DNA of 64,000 nucleotides, taken from NCBI RefSeq assembly GCF_036365525.1, contig NW_027140485.1, positions 930,001 through 994,000 on the forward strand, written 5' to 3'. The DNA is from Heterodontus francisci. Lineage: Eukaryota. Both the position numbers and the translations under genes were made by a program. Under the pieces are notes generated by a model. It did not search any database, was not told the DNA's origin, and saw only the letters and a list, made by a program, of their open reading frames with translations. Of this stretch, positions 13,401 through 26,200 are shown one piece after another; position 1 is the first letter of the stretch, and each line of letters opens with the position of its first letter.

Positions 13401-14957
13401 TTAGCTGTGTCCCAATTCTGCAAGGAGTCTGCATCCCCTCCCCCTGCCAAATTAGTTTAAACTCTTCCCAATAGCACTAGCAAACCTGCCAGCAAGGATG
13501 TTAGTCCCCCTCTGGTTCAGATGTAGACCGTCCCACTTGTACCGGTCCCACCTTCCCCAGAAACGGTCCCAGTGGTCCAGGAATCTAAAATCCTCCCTCC
13601 TGCACCAACTCTTAAGCCATGCATTCATCTGTGCTATTCTCCTATTTCTATACTCACTAGCATGTGGCACTGGGAGTAATCCAGAGATAACAACCTGAGA
13701 GTTCCTGCTTTTTAGTATGCTGCCTAACTCCCTGAATTCTTGATGCAAGACCCCATCCCTCTTTCTACCTATGTCATTGGTACCACCTCTGCCTTATCAC
13801 CCTCCCAGTTTGAGATGCACTGCAGCCGTTCAGTGACATCCCGGACCCTGGCACCAGGGAGGCAACACACCATCCTGGAGTCATGTTGATGGCCACAGTA
13901 GCGCCTATCTGTTCCCCTGACTATAGAATCCCCTATTACTATTGCTCTTCCTCTCTTTCCCCCTTCCTGTGCAGACAGGCTGCTTGTGGTGCCAGAAGCT
14001 TGGCTCTATCCGCACGCCCTGGAGGAACCAGCCTCATCAGCCTCCAAAATTGAATACCGATTTACAAACGGGACCCCAGGGGACTCCTGAACTACCTGCC
14101 TGATTCTCTTGGACTGCCTGGTGGTCACCCATTCCCTTCCTTCCTCAAGTCTCTTCAGCTGCGGTGTGACCACCTCTCTACACATGCTATCCACAATGCT
14201 CTCCGACTCACGGATGCTCCACAGTGTTTCCAGCCGCCGTTCCAGCTCTGAATCCCGAGCTTCCAGGAGCTGCAGCTGGACACACTTCCTGCACACATGC
14301 AGGTCCCTGGGACTGGAAATGTTCGCGGATTCCCTCATACAGCAAGAGGAGCAAACCACGGCTTCAAGTTCTCCTGCCATGACTAAACTCTTTAAATTTA
14401 AAACTTTAGAAGACTATTATAATGAAACAATAAATCAACTAAGTCTTGCTAAAACAATGACTTACAATTCAATGCAGTTTGAAAAATACCCACCAGGACT
14501 TACTCACCAGTCAGCTGTGCTCTTTGGAAACTCTCGGCTCCCCTCATGCTCCTTGAGGACAGGTAGGAAATGAAAGGAGCTCCTTGCTCCCTCCTCACCA
14601 AACTCCCTCAGTCACCAAACTCCCACTTTAGCACTTTAATGCAGCCCCAAGTCAGCACTCCAGGACAAACGAAGTCAGCACTGTAAGATGGCCCACTTTT
14701 ATACTGTCTGATTCTAGCCCCTGAAAACTGGTTTAAGCCAGTTATCTAATTAACAAGGTGCAGCTGTAAGCAGAGCCTGAGTGAACTCTGTTTAAAGCTG
14801 GTCTAAAACTCACCTTCTCCAACCCAAACAGCAACTGTAAAGTTAATTTGCTAAATAAAAGAAAGATTAGTCTTTAGATAAAACTAACCCTTAATTACCC
14901 TCAGTCACAAAACTCCCACTTTAGCACTCTAATGCAGCCCCAAGTCAGTACTCCAGT
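10481..14957 (-). mobile_element. Near full-length, disrupted CR1 LINE (ORF1 zinc finger/leucine zipper + SGNH esterase; ORF2 APE + RT)
   Basis: ORF1 14006..14380 (CxxC..CxxC, LEARxxELERRL) and 13452..13748 (DGLHL); APE motifs YFNARSI/ETWL/GDFN; RT motifs GSVLGP/FTDD; frameshifted. Repeated 5' UTR segment at 14606-14663 and 14898-14957. It splits an older + strand CR1 (10180-10480 | 14960-15617). Confidence 0.92.
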
Positions 14958-15617
14958 GCAAGCGAAAACAGGAAACTACAAGTCAGTTAGACCAGCATCT
15001 ATCATCAGGAAAATGCTAGAATCTATTATTAAGGAGGTTGTAGCAGGGAACCTAGAAACTTTTAATGCAATCAGGTGGAGTCAACATGGTTTTGTGAAAG
15101 GGAAATTGTGTTTAACTGATTTATTAGAGTTCTTTGAGCAAGAAACAAGCAAGGTGGATGAAGAGGAACCTGTAGATGTGGAGCACATGGATTTCCAAAA
15201 GGCATTTGATAATGTGTCACATCAAAGTTTGATACACAAAATAAGAGCTCATGATGTAGTGGGTATCATATTAGCATGGATAGAGGATTGGTTAGCGAAC
15301 AGGAAGCAGAGAGTAGAGATAAATGGAGCATTTTCAGGTTGGCAAGTTGTAACTAGTGGGGTGCCACAGGTTTAAATGCTGGGGCCTCAACACTTTACAA
15401 TCTATATCAATGACTTGGATCATGATTTGCTAAATTTGCTGATGACACAAAGATAGGTAGGAGAGTAAGTTGTGAAGAGGTCATAAAAAGTCTTCAAAGA
15501 GATATAGATAGGTTAAGTGAGTGGGCAAAAAATTGGCAGATGGAGTATAATGTTCACTTTGGCAGGAAGAATAGAAAAACAGTATTTATTTAAATGGAGA
15601 GAGATTGCAGAACTCTG

Positions 15618-18600
15618 GGTGTCCCCGTAACCCTGCACATTCTTCCTTTTCATATAACTGTCTAATTCCCTTCTGAATGCTTCAATTGAAAATGCCTCCA
15701 CCATGCTCTCAGGCAGTGAATTCTGGATCTTAACCACTCGCTGCATGAAAAAGTTTTTCCTCATGTCATTTTTACTTCTCTTACCAAATACTTTAAATCT
15801 GTGTCCTCTCGTTCTTGATCCTTTCACGAGTGGGAACAGTTTCTCTCTATCTACTCTGTCCAGACCCCTCATGATTTTGAATACCTCTATCAAATCTCCT
15901 CTCAGCCTTCTCTTCTCCAAGGAAAACAGTCCTAACTTCTCCAATCTATCTTCATAACTGAAATTCCTCATCTCTGGAACCATTCTCATGAATCTTTTCT
16001 GTACTCTCTCCAATGCTCTCACATCTTTCCTAAAGTGCGGTGCCCAGAACTGGACGCTATACTCCAGCTGAGGACAAACTAGTGTCTTATACAAGTTCAA
16101 CATAACCTCCTTCCTCTTGTGCACTATGCCCCTATTAATAAAGCTCTCTCAACCTGTCCTGCCACCTTCAAAGAATTATGCACATATACACCCAGGTCCC
16201 TCTGCTCCTGCACCCCCTTTAGAATTGTACCCTTTATTTTATATTGTCTCTCCATGTTCTTCCTACCAAAATGGATCATTTCACATTCTCTGCATTGAAC
16301 TTCATCTGCCACCTGTCTGCCCATTCCACCAACTTGTCTATATCCTTTTGGAGTTCTACACTATCCTCCTCACAGTTCATAATGATTGCAAGTTTCGTAT
16401 CATCTGTAAACTTTGAAATTGTGCCCTGTACACCAAGATCTAGGTCATTAATATATATAAGGAAAAGCAAGGGTCCCAACACTGATTCCTGGGGAACTCC
16501 ACTACAAACCTTCCTCCAGCCTGAAAAACATCCATTAACCACTACTCTTTGTTTCCTGTCACTCAGCCAATTTTGTATCCATTTTGTGACTGTCCCTTTT
16601 ATTCCATGAGCTTTAATCTTGCTCACAAGTCTGTTGTGTGGCACTGTATCAAATGCCTTTTGAAAGTCCATGTACACCACATCAACAGCATTGTCCTCAC
16701 CAACCCTCTCTGTTACCTCCTCAAAAAACTCCAGCAAGTTAGTTAAACATCATTTTCCCTAAAGAAATCCATGCTGGCTTTCCTTAATTAACTCGTATTT
16801 ATCCATGTGAGTATTAATTTTGTCCCAAAGTAATCTTTCTAGAAGTTTCCCCACCACCAAAGTTTAGCTGACTGACCTGTAGTTGCTGGATTTATCTTTA
16901 CACCCTTTTTTGAACAAGGGTGTAACATTTGCAATTTTCCAGTCCTCTGGCACCACCCCTGTGTCTAAGGAAGACTGAAATATTATGGCCAGTGCCTCTT
17001 CAATTTCCACTCTCACTTCCCTCTTTATCCTTGGATGCATCTGTTCCAGTCCTGGTGCCTTATCCACTTTAAGTACAAACAGCCTGTCCAACACCTCCTC
17101 ATCATCAATTTTAAACCCTTCTAGTGTCTGAATTGCCTCCTCTTTCACCAATGCCTGGGTTGCATCTTCTTCCTTGGCAAAGACAGATGCAAAGTATTCA
17201 TTTAATATCTCAGCTTTGCGCTCTGCTTCCGTGTGCAAATTCCCTGTTGATCCCTAATTGGCCTCACTCCTCCTTTTATCAACTTTTTACTCCGAATATA
17301 TCTTTAGAAAACCTTGGGATTCCCTTTTATGTTAGCTGCCACTTTCTGTTCATACACTCTCTTTGCTTCTCTTATTTGCTTTTTGACTTCCCTTCTGGAC
17401 CTTCTATATTCAGCCTGGATCTTAATTGTATTTTCTACCTGGCAATTGTCATAAGCACACTTTTTCTTCTTTTTCTTTATCTGTTTCATTATCCAGGGAG
17501 CTCTGGATTTGTTTATCCTAACTTTCCCCTTCGAGTGAACATGCCTTGACTGTGCCCGAACTATCTCTTCTTTGAAGGCGACCATTTTTCCTGCCAACCT
17601 TTGACTCCAATTTATTCATCCCTGATCTGTTCTTAGCCCATTGAAGTTGGCCTTCCCCCAGGTAATTATTCTTACTCTAGATTGTTCTTTGTCCTTTTCC
17701 ATAATCAGTTGAAACCTTATGATGCAGTGATCACTGTCCCCTAAATGATCTTCTACTGATACTTGATCCACTTGGCCTGCCTCATTCCCAAGAACCAGGT
17801 CTAGCAGTGCCTCCTTTCTCATTGGACGAGAAACAGACTGTTGGAGAAAATTTTCCTGAACAAACTCTAGGAACTCTTGCCCTTCACTGCACTTTACACT
17901 ACTATCAATGTTTGCAAAATTAAGTTCCTCCATTCTAACCACCCTATAATTTTTGCCCCTCTCTGTAATTTCCTTGCACATTTGTTCCTCCATGTCCTTC
18001 CCACTAGTTGGTGGCCTGTAGACAACACCGAGCAATGTAACTGCACCTTTTTTGTTCCTTAGCTCCAGCCAAATTGATTCTGCCCTCGACCCCTCTGGGA
18101 CATCCTTTTTCTCCAGCACTGCAATGCTCTCCTTGATCAATGCTGACACTCCTCCCCCTTTTTTCCCTTCCCTATCTTTCCTGAACACCTTGTATCCAGG
18201 AATATTTAACATCCAGTCCTGTCCCTCTTTGAGCCAGGTCTCTGTTATTGCCATAACATCATATTTCCACATGTCAATCTGCAGATGTAATTGAGCAATC
18301 TTATTAACCACACTGTGCATTCACATACATGCACATTAACCCTGATTTAGACATTATTACTTCCTTCCTTACTGTGACCCCATCTAATAACTTACTATTC
18401 TCGACTCTAGTGCTATCTATCTCTCTCAGTATTCTATGCACCTTGGTATTCCTCTCTGATATTTCCTCCTAGTTTCCACACCCCCTGCCAAGTTAGTTTA
18501 ATCCCTCCCAACAGCACGAGCAAATCGCCCCATAAGGATATTAGTCCTAGGTCTGTTCAGGTGCAATCTGTCCGGCCTGTACAGACCCCACCTTCTCCAG

Positions 18601-19780
18601 AACTAATCCCAATGTACCAGGAATCTAAAGCCCTACCTCCTGCACCATCTTTCGAGCCATGCATTCATCTGCTCTATCCTCCTATTTCTATACTCAGTTG
18701 CACGTAGTACTGGGAGTATTCTGGAGATTACTGCTTTTGAGGTCCTGCTTGCTAATTTCTTCCCTAGCTCTCTAAATGTTTTCTGCAGGACCACATCCCT
18801 CTTCCTACCTATGTCATTGGTACCAATGTGGACCACGCTTACTGGCTGTTCACCCTCCCCCCTCAGTGCATCCCCAGATGAACCATCACGTTCCTCCGTT
18901 TTCAGTACTGAATACCAGTTGGAGGGTGAGACACAGTCAGGGGTCTCCTGCACTACCCGTTTGTTTTTTTCTTGACTGTCTGGCGATCATCCATTCCCTC
19001 TCTCTCTGCATACTCTTAAGCTGTGGGGTGACCACATCTATAAATGTGCTATTCATGAAGCTGCAGTGATTCCAGCTGCTGCTCAAGTTCCAGTATCCAG
19101 CACTCGAGATATTGCAACGGATGACACTTCCCACGCATATAGTTATCCAGGACACGGGAAGTGGCCAGGAGCTCCCACATAGCACAGGATGTGCACTCCA
19201 GAGGTTGGAGAAGTCCTGTCATTCCTCCATCTATTAGATAATAAACTTTGGTACAACAAATTAACCCTGCTACTAATAAACCCTGATACTAATAAAACCT
19301 ATCAATAGTAATAAACCTTATCAATAGTAATAATAACCTTACTATTGCTAATACTAAACTTTAGCAATACTAATAAACCTTACCATTATTAATACACCTT
19401 ACAAATACTAAAATGTTAGCAATAGTATTAATAACCTCACCAATAGTAATAAACCTTAATTAAAAATCAAAGATAAGACTCACCAGCTACTCACTAGTTA
19501 CTTGTGATTAATATTTGATATTTTTAACATTTTGAAACTCCCAGTTGTTTAGACTCAGTCCCTAAGCAGCAATACTCAGCAGCCAATCAACTCACCGCTT
19601 TCCTGTGATGTCATGGTGCGTAGAGGTAGCAGGTTCCTTGCAGGGTCTGCCACTGCCACCACTGCTACCAACAAGTTCCAGGTGAGCGGAAGGCCCCGAG
19701 CCTGGGTCTGGATTTATTCTCTCCCTGCTAGGTTCCTTGTAGCTCTGCGCTGCCATTGCTACTCCCAGCTCCCTCCAGGT
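15618..19780 (-). mobile_element. Second near full-length, decayed CR1 LINE
   Basis: ORF1 remnants 18633..19185 (VVHIGTND esterase), APE 17616..18320, RT fragments 15513..17238, A/T-rich 5' UTR. Confidence 0.9.
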
Positions 19781-20277
19781 AAGGTGTTAGTTCATGCCTG
19801 TAGATCGGCATCATTAACATGTAATGGGTTACTTTCAACTTTAATGGGGTTTTCCCCCAGAACTAATTCAGATGCAGTTAATGAGTTTTGTCTTTGGAGA
19901 CAGACTTGTTTATTGACACTACAGGAAGGGGTCACCTGACATTTACTCCATATTGCCTGTGATATAAATGTGCCCATTTTCTTGTGGTTCTGTTTAACAA
20001 TTGACTTTTTAATTGTCATAATTCCTCCAGTTAATTGTTTATTTCATCATGGTTCCTTCCGAGCATGACCACAGATTTTTTTTTAATGAAAAGGGGATGT
20101 TTGGATAAATACTTTCGTACACTTTGTCTTGCCCTACACATGTGACCTCTGAGGTCATGGTAGTAGCCCTTTTATATACCACATAGAACAACACAGAAAC
20201 AGACAGAGAGATGGAGAGACGGAGATGGAGAGACGGAGATGGAGAGACGGAGATGGAGAGACGGAGATGGAGATGGA

Positions 20278-20929
20278 GGGCTGAATTTGCAGGCCCTGTC
20301 GAGGTAGGGAACAGAAGCAGATGGGATCTGAAAATACTGCACTGGCTGGTGTGCTGGTTTCCTGACCACATTCCTGGTGCAGTCCATTTTTGCGAAGGCA
20401 GGTTTTGGCCTGGGAGGCCTACCTACCCCCACAAAGCAGATAGCCGATTAGACTCGTTACGAGCCGTGTTATCTGCAATTAAAGGAGGTCAACTGCGAAT
20501 TTCCAGTTAACCTCCAGTTTCCTGAAACAACAGGGGGCAGTTGAACTGCCTGCAGACAGGTACGCAGTGATAGGTCCGGGTTCCAGTGCTCCAGGCAGGC
20601 CCTCCCTCCCTCCCTCCCTGCCTGCCTGACTGGCAGTGTGTTCAGCGAAAGGCTATAGAGGGATTAACGACCCCCCATCCGCACCATCATTGGTGGCCTG
20701 TCTGCTGTATCTGTTTTTTAAAAGTTGGTGAGAGGGCACTGCCATGTTGAACTACTTCTCAGTTACTTACCATCCATTGCAGACTGCTTCTTATTGGCCT
20801 CTTATTGGCCCTCCTGCTTTGAAAGGCCACTCACCACCCTCAGTTGGACAGGAAAACTGGGGGGAGCGGATTCAGGAACCAGAAACAGTCTCGACTCCTG
20901 TTTCCTGCCCCAGAGGTAAAATCCAGCCC
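20278..20929. mobile_element. Non-autonomous TIR element (MITE, PIF/Harbinger-like termini)
   Basis: Termini GGGCTGAATTT ... AAATCCAGCCC form an imperfect inverted repeat. It sits in a GA-rich microsatellite. Confidence 0.6.
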
Positions 20930-21145
20930 AGAGAGAGAGAGAGAGAGAGTTAGACAGAGAGAGAGAGACAGATAGAGAGAGAGAGAGAGAGACAGAAGGA
21001 GAAAGTGAGAGAGACTGATAGAGAGACAGACAGACAAAGAAAGAGATTGACAAAGATAGAGAGAGACAGATAGAGAGAGAGAGACAGACAGACAAAGAGA
21101 GATAGACAGAGAAAGAGAGAAAGACAGAGAGATAGAGACAGAGAT
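20930..21145. repeat. (GA)n/(GACA)n compound microsatellite; related 14-bp GGAGATGGAGAGAC repeats at 20205-20277
   Basis: Seen directly. Confidence 0.95.
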
Positions 21146-21782
21146 TACAGAAGTTAAACTGTTACCGCTGTACCAACCAGATACTTCCAGCTTTAACTGC
21201 ATCATTTGGAAGCAACATGTCTCCCTGAAATCAAAGGAAGTGAGATTTAAGGCAACTATTACCAACGTGATTGTGGAATTTGCTCCGAAGCAGAGGACCT
21301 GAGTGGGCACGTACCACCTCACACACACACATTCCTCTGATGTTTCGGAAAGTGAACACTATCATTCAGAGGAAGGTGAGACACCAGCTGAGCTTTGCCA
21401 TCCCATAAGGACAAGGTCATTTAAATTCTGGAAGAATCTAGGTCCTGGAATTCAGCCTGTTTTTGGGTGCATGGTGTGGGTTGAGAGTAGAGGGACACAT
21501 AGAGCACTCCCTGTGTCTGAATGATGAGCAGCTGAGGCTCTCAGGATATTGGGCCTTGTGTTTCAATGGGTTCGGCTCAGCGATGAGATCCCTTGTGAAG
21601 TGGAGCACAGGAAGAGCTCATTGTGAGTGTCACAGTTACTCTCAGGTAAGTGGATCTGGGTGTCAGGTCAATGTTCGGGACCACGGGTCAGATCCAGGAA
21701 TCACAGAACAATGTTAGCTGTTAACACAATGGAATTCCTTATCCTGATGTTTATCAAATTTCCTGGTGATTGCCTCTGGAAT

Positions 21783-22160
21783 CATTTATTTACATGGTAT
21801 AGAGAGATTTGCATTTATTTACATGGTATAGAGAGATTTGCATTTATTTACATGGAATAGAGAGATTTGCATTTATTTACATGGTATAGAGAGATTTGCA
21901 TTTATTTACATGGAATAGAGAGATTTGCATTTATTTACATGGTATAGAGAGATTTGCATTTATTTACATGGAATAGAGAGATTTGCATTTATTTACATGG
22001 TATAGAGAGATTTGCATTTATTTACATGGAATAGAGAGATTTGCATTTATTTACATGGTATAGAGAGATTTGCATTTATTTACATGGTATAGAGAGATTT
22101 GCATTTATTTACATGGAATAGAGAGATTTGCATTTATTTACATGGTATAGAGAGATTTGC
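21783..22160. repeat. 29-bp minisatellite (AGAGAGATTTGCATTTATTTACATGGWAT)n, about 13 units
   Basis: Unit starts at 21801, 21830 ... 22120, 22149. Each of the 12 full units contains ATTTGCAT. Confidence 0.95.
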
Positions 22161-23247
22161 TCTCTCACTGAAATTGGAGTTTGCCTGTTTGTGCAAGCTG
22201 ACATTTCAGTAAATATGTTTTGAAGCAATGTGCTCAGACTGGTTAATTTCCAAACACCAAGTGTTGATAACACATTACACACAATCAGTGAGCAAACACC
22301 TCACAATGTGACAGGAAGCATGCTTGTGAAAGTTAAACCTGAACTTACATCAAAGCTCAGGCAGATATTTTAATGGCGTTCAGTAACAGTTATCCTCTCT
22401 CCACTCTCCTGAAGGTTCAGCTATTGCTGATTCATGATGTGTGATCAGGTGAGACTGCACCAGAGGTGGACTCTCCACATCTGTCATCACTCTCTATGTC
22501 TGGCAGGTACAGTTCCCTACTGATTCTCATTGAATCTTACAGCACAAGAGGAGGCCATTTGGCCCATCGAGCATGTGCAGCTCTTTAGTGAAGCTATCCA
22601 GTTGATCTTCCTCTCCTGCTCTTTCTCGTAGCCCCGCAATGTTTTTCTTTTCAAGTATTTATCAATTCCTTTTTGAAAGTTACTATTGAATCAAGGGATC
22701 AAAGGGATATGGGGAGAAAGCGGGAACGGGGTACTGAATTAGACAATCAGCCATGATCTTTTTTGAATGACGGAGCAGGCCCAAAGGGCCGAATGGCCTA
22801 CTCCTGCTCCGGTTTTCTGTTTTTCTGTTTCTCTGAACCTTCTTCCACTGCCCTTTCAGACAGCGCGTTCCAGATCACAACAACCTGCTGTGTGAAAATC
22901 ATTTTCCTCATCTCCCCCTTGGTTCTTTTGTGAATTATCTAAAATCTGTGTCCTCTGGATACTGAGCCTCCTGCAGCCAGAGACAGTTTCTCCTTTGATT
23001 ATGTACTGAGCTGGCTGCCCAGAGGTCGACTTTCAATCCATGTCAAGATGGTCCAACATCTCCCTCATTATCTGCTGCCATCAAGCTGGGAAAGCAGCCC
23101 AGGTACAATGAGGTGTCGGAGGGTAATTACTCTCATCTCTCCTCTGCCATTCAGCTCTTGTAGCCACGTCTGGATCAAGGCTGTGATGAGGTCTGGAGCT
23201 GAGTGGTTCTGGCAGAACTTGAACTGAGAATTGGTGTCATTTATTGG

Positions 23248-26200
23248 TGACTAAGTGTCATTGGAAGACACAATTGATGACATCATCCTCCACTTTACTG
23301 ATGATTGAATAGAGAATGATAGGTTGTCAGATTAGAATTATTCTTTTGTTGTCGATGGGAGCTGTGTAGCAGAGAGGTCAATAACCAGGGGCAGAGATTT
23401 AAAGTAATTGGTAGAAGGATTCGAGGGGAGTTGAGGAGTAATCTTTTCACCCAGAGGGTGCTTGGGATCTGGAGCCCACTGCCTGATAGGGTGGTCGAGG
23501 CAGAAACACTCATCACGTTTAAGAAGTACTTGGATGTGCACTTGGGATCTGTAACCTACAGGGCCACTGACCAATAGCTGGAAAGTGCGATTAGGCTAGA
23601 AAGCTCTTTTTCAGCCAGCACAGATATGATGGGCGGAATAGCCTCCTTCTGTACTGTTAGTTCTCTATGTTTCAGTATGGGGGGCATGATCAAGAAGTTT
23701 GCGGATGACACAAAGATTGGCCGTGTGGTAGATAGCGAGGAGGATAGCTGTTGGCTGCAGGAAGATATTGATGGTCTGGTCAGATGGATGAAGAGTGGCC
23801 TGCTGGCAACAGTTTCTGCCTTCATGTAAAATCCAGCCCAACGTTTACTCTCGTGGGGAACCTCGAATTTGGGGGCACAGTTTCAGAATAAGGGATCTCC
23901 CATTTAAGACAGAGATGAGGAGGAATTTCTTCTCTCAGAGGGTCATAAATTCCCCCGAGAGCAGTGGAGGCTGGGTCATTGAATATATTCAAGGCTGAGT
24001 TAGACACATTTTTGATTGACAGGGGAGTCAAGGGTTATAGAGTTGAGGCCACAATCAGCTCAGCCTTGATCATATTGAAAGGTGGAGTAGGCTTGAGTGA
24101 GCCGAATGGCCTACACCTGCTCCAATATCTTATGTTCTTATGTTCTCATGCTTCAACACTGCAAAGCAATTTACAAGAGGATTGTCATGAGCAGACAAAG
24201 CACAATGAAAGGTAACTGTGTGTTAATTCTCACTGTATGAAGGAAAGCACAAAATGCTGCCTCTCATACACCATTTTCTTTCAGCAAGGTAGAATTTTTT
24301 TCTTCTCCCTTCTGATTGGTCCTTTTACTGCACAATGCCGTATATAATAATCTCTATCTTAATTCTCAGTATCTTGTTTTATTCAGCGTGGATCCAGCAA
24401 CCTTTAATCTTCATGTGATCACAGCTGCAGTTACAGTGTCTCTGTGGTAACTGTCACACTCTGGAACATTCTATTGGCAGGACTTTAAATTTCAGCCCCA
24501 AGGCCTTGCTTAATAATCTGGTGAGGTTTGAACACAATAACTGTTACAGACTGATCTTTAACTCTTCCTGTCTCACTGTCTCTCTCATGTATCAACACGC
24601 CTTATATTCTTCTTTGGCCTCCTTGTCTCGAGAGACAATGGGTAAGCGCCTGGAGGTGGTCAGTGGTTTGTGAAGCAGCGCCTGGAGTGGCTATAAAGGC
24701 CAATTCTAGAGTGACAGACTCTTCCACAGGTGCTGCAGATAAAATTGGTTGTTGGGGCTGTTACACAGTTGGCTCTCCCCTTGCACTTCGGTCTTTTTTC
24801 CTGCCAACTGCTAAGTCTCCCCGGCTCTTCCCCAGTTCTCAGAGCACTGATTCTGAATACAATAATGTATTCTGATACTCTTTCAGGATACTGCTTCCTT
24901 GTTGATTCGTGTTTGCCAATGTTCCTTTATATTGCTTCTTCATTACCTCATTGTGTACCTACACATTCTGTATATCCTGTTTCTTCCTGTTAACCTGCCA
25001 TGGCACCGATTCCGAGACATTCTATCAACCCTCACTTTCTTTGTGTTTTAAAGAGATTTTCCTTATATTTCCCATCTTTCTCAATCTGTAGTTCCTGTTT
25101 TTTTATTATTTGCAAACAACCTTTACTAGTTGTCCCAGTATTGTATCAATTAAATGTGAATCACTCACTTCACATAATCCGGTTCTCTGATTCAAGTTCA
25201 TGTTTAACACAATAAGTACAACGTCAAAACGTGCCTCGTTATTTAATATATCACTTGATTCACTTAGTTCTTGTCCATTAACACGTATTTTTTTGTGGGA
25301 TTGTTGCAGTCCGGAACTGAAAGGACATCAAGTTTCAGCCCCAAACCTTGCTTAATAAATTGGTTAATCTACACACACAGATCATAATGTAGGTTCATCT
25401 TTAACTCATGCTCCCTTACTCATGTATCATCACCATCCCACCAATGGTGCAGCATTCCCTCAGTATTGACCCTCCGACAGTGCAGCATTCCCTCAGTACT
25501 GACCCACCGACAGTGCAGCACTTCCTCAGTACTGACCCTCCGACAGTGCATCACTCCCTCAGTACTGACCCTCCGACAGTGCAGCACTCCCTCAGTACTG
25601 ACCCTCCGACAGTGCAGCACTTCCTCAGTACTGACCCTCCGACAGTGCAGCACTCCCTCAGTACTGACCCTCCGACAGTGCAGCACTCCCTCAGTACTGA
25701 CCCACCGACAGTGCAGCACTTCCTCAGTACTGAACCTCCGACAGTGCAGCACTCCTTCAGTACTGACCCTCTGACAGTGCAGCATTCCTTCAGTACTGAC
25801 CCTCCGACAGTGCACCACTCCGTCAGTTCTGACCCTCCGACAGTGCAGCACTTCCTCAGTACTGACCCTCCGACAGTGCAGCACTCCCTCAGTACTGACC
25901 CTCCAACAGTGTAGCACTCCCTCAGTACTGACCCTCCGACAGTGCAGCACTCCCTCAGTACTGACCCTCCGACAGTGCAGCACTCCCTCAGTACTGAACC
26001 TCCGACAGTGCAGCACTCCCTCAGTACTGAACCTCCGACAGTGCAACACTCCTTCAGTACTGACCCTCTGACAGTGCAGCACTACTTCAGTACTGACCCT
26101 CTGACATTGCAGCACTCCCTCAGTATTGTCCCTCCGACAGTGCAACACTCCCTCAGCATTGACCCACCGACAGTGCATCACTCCTTCAGTACTGACCCTC

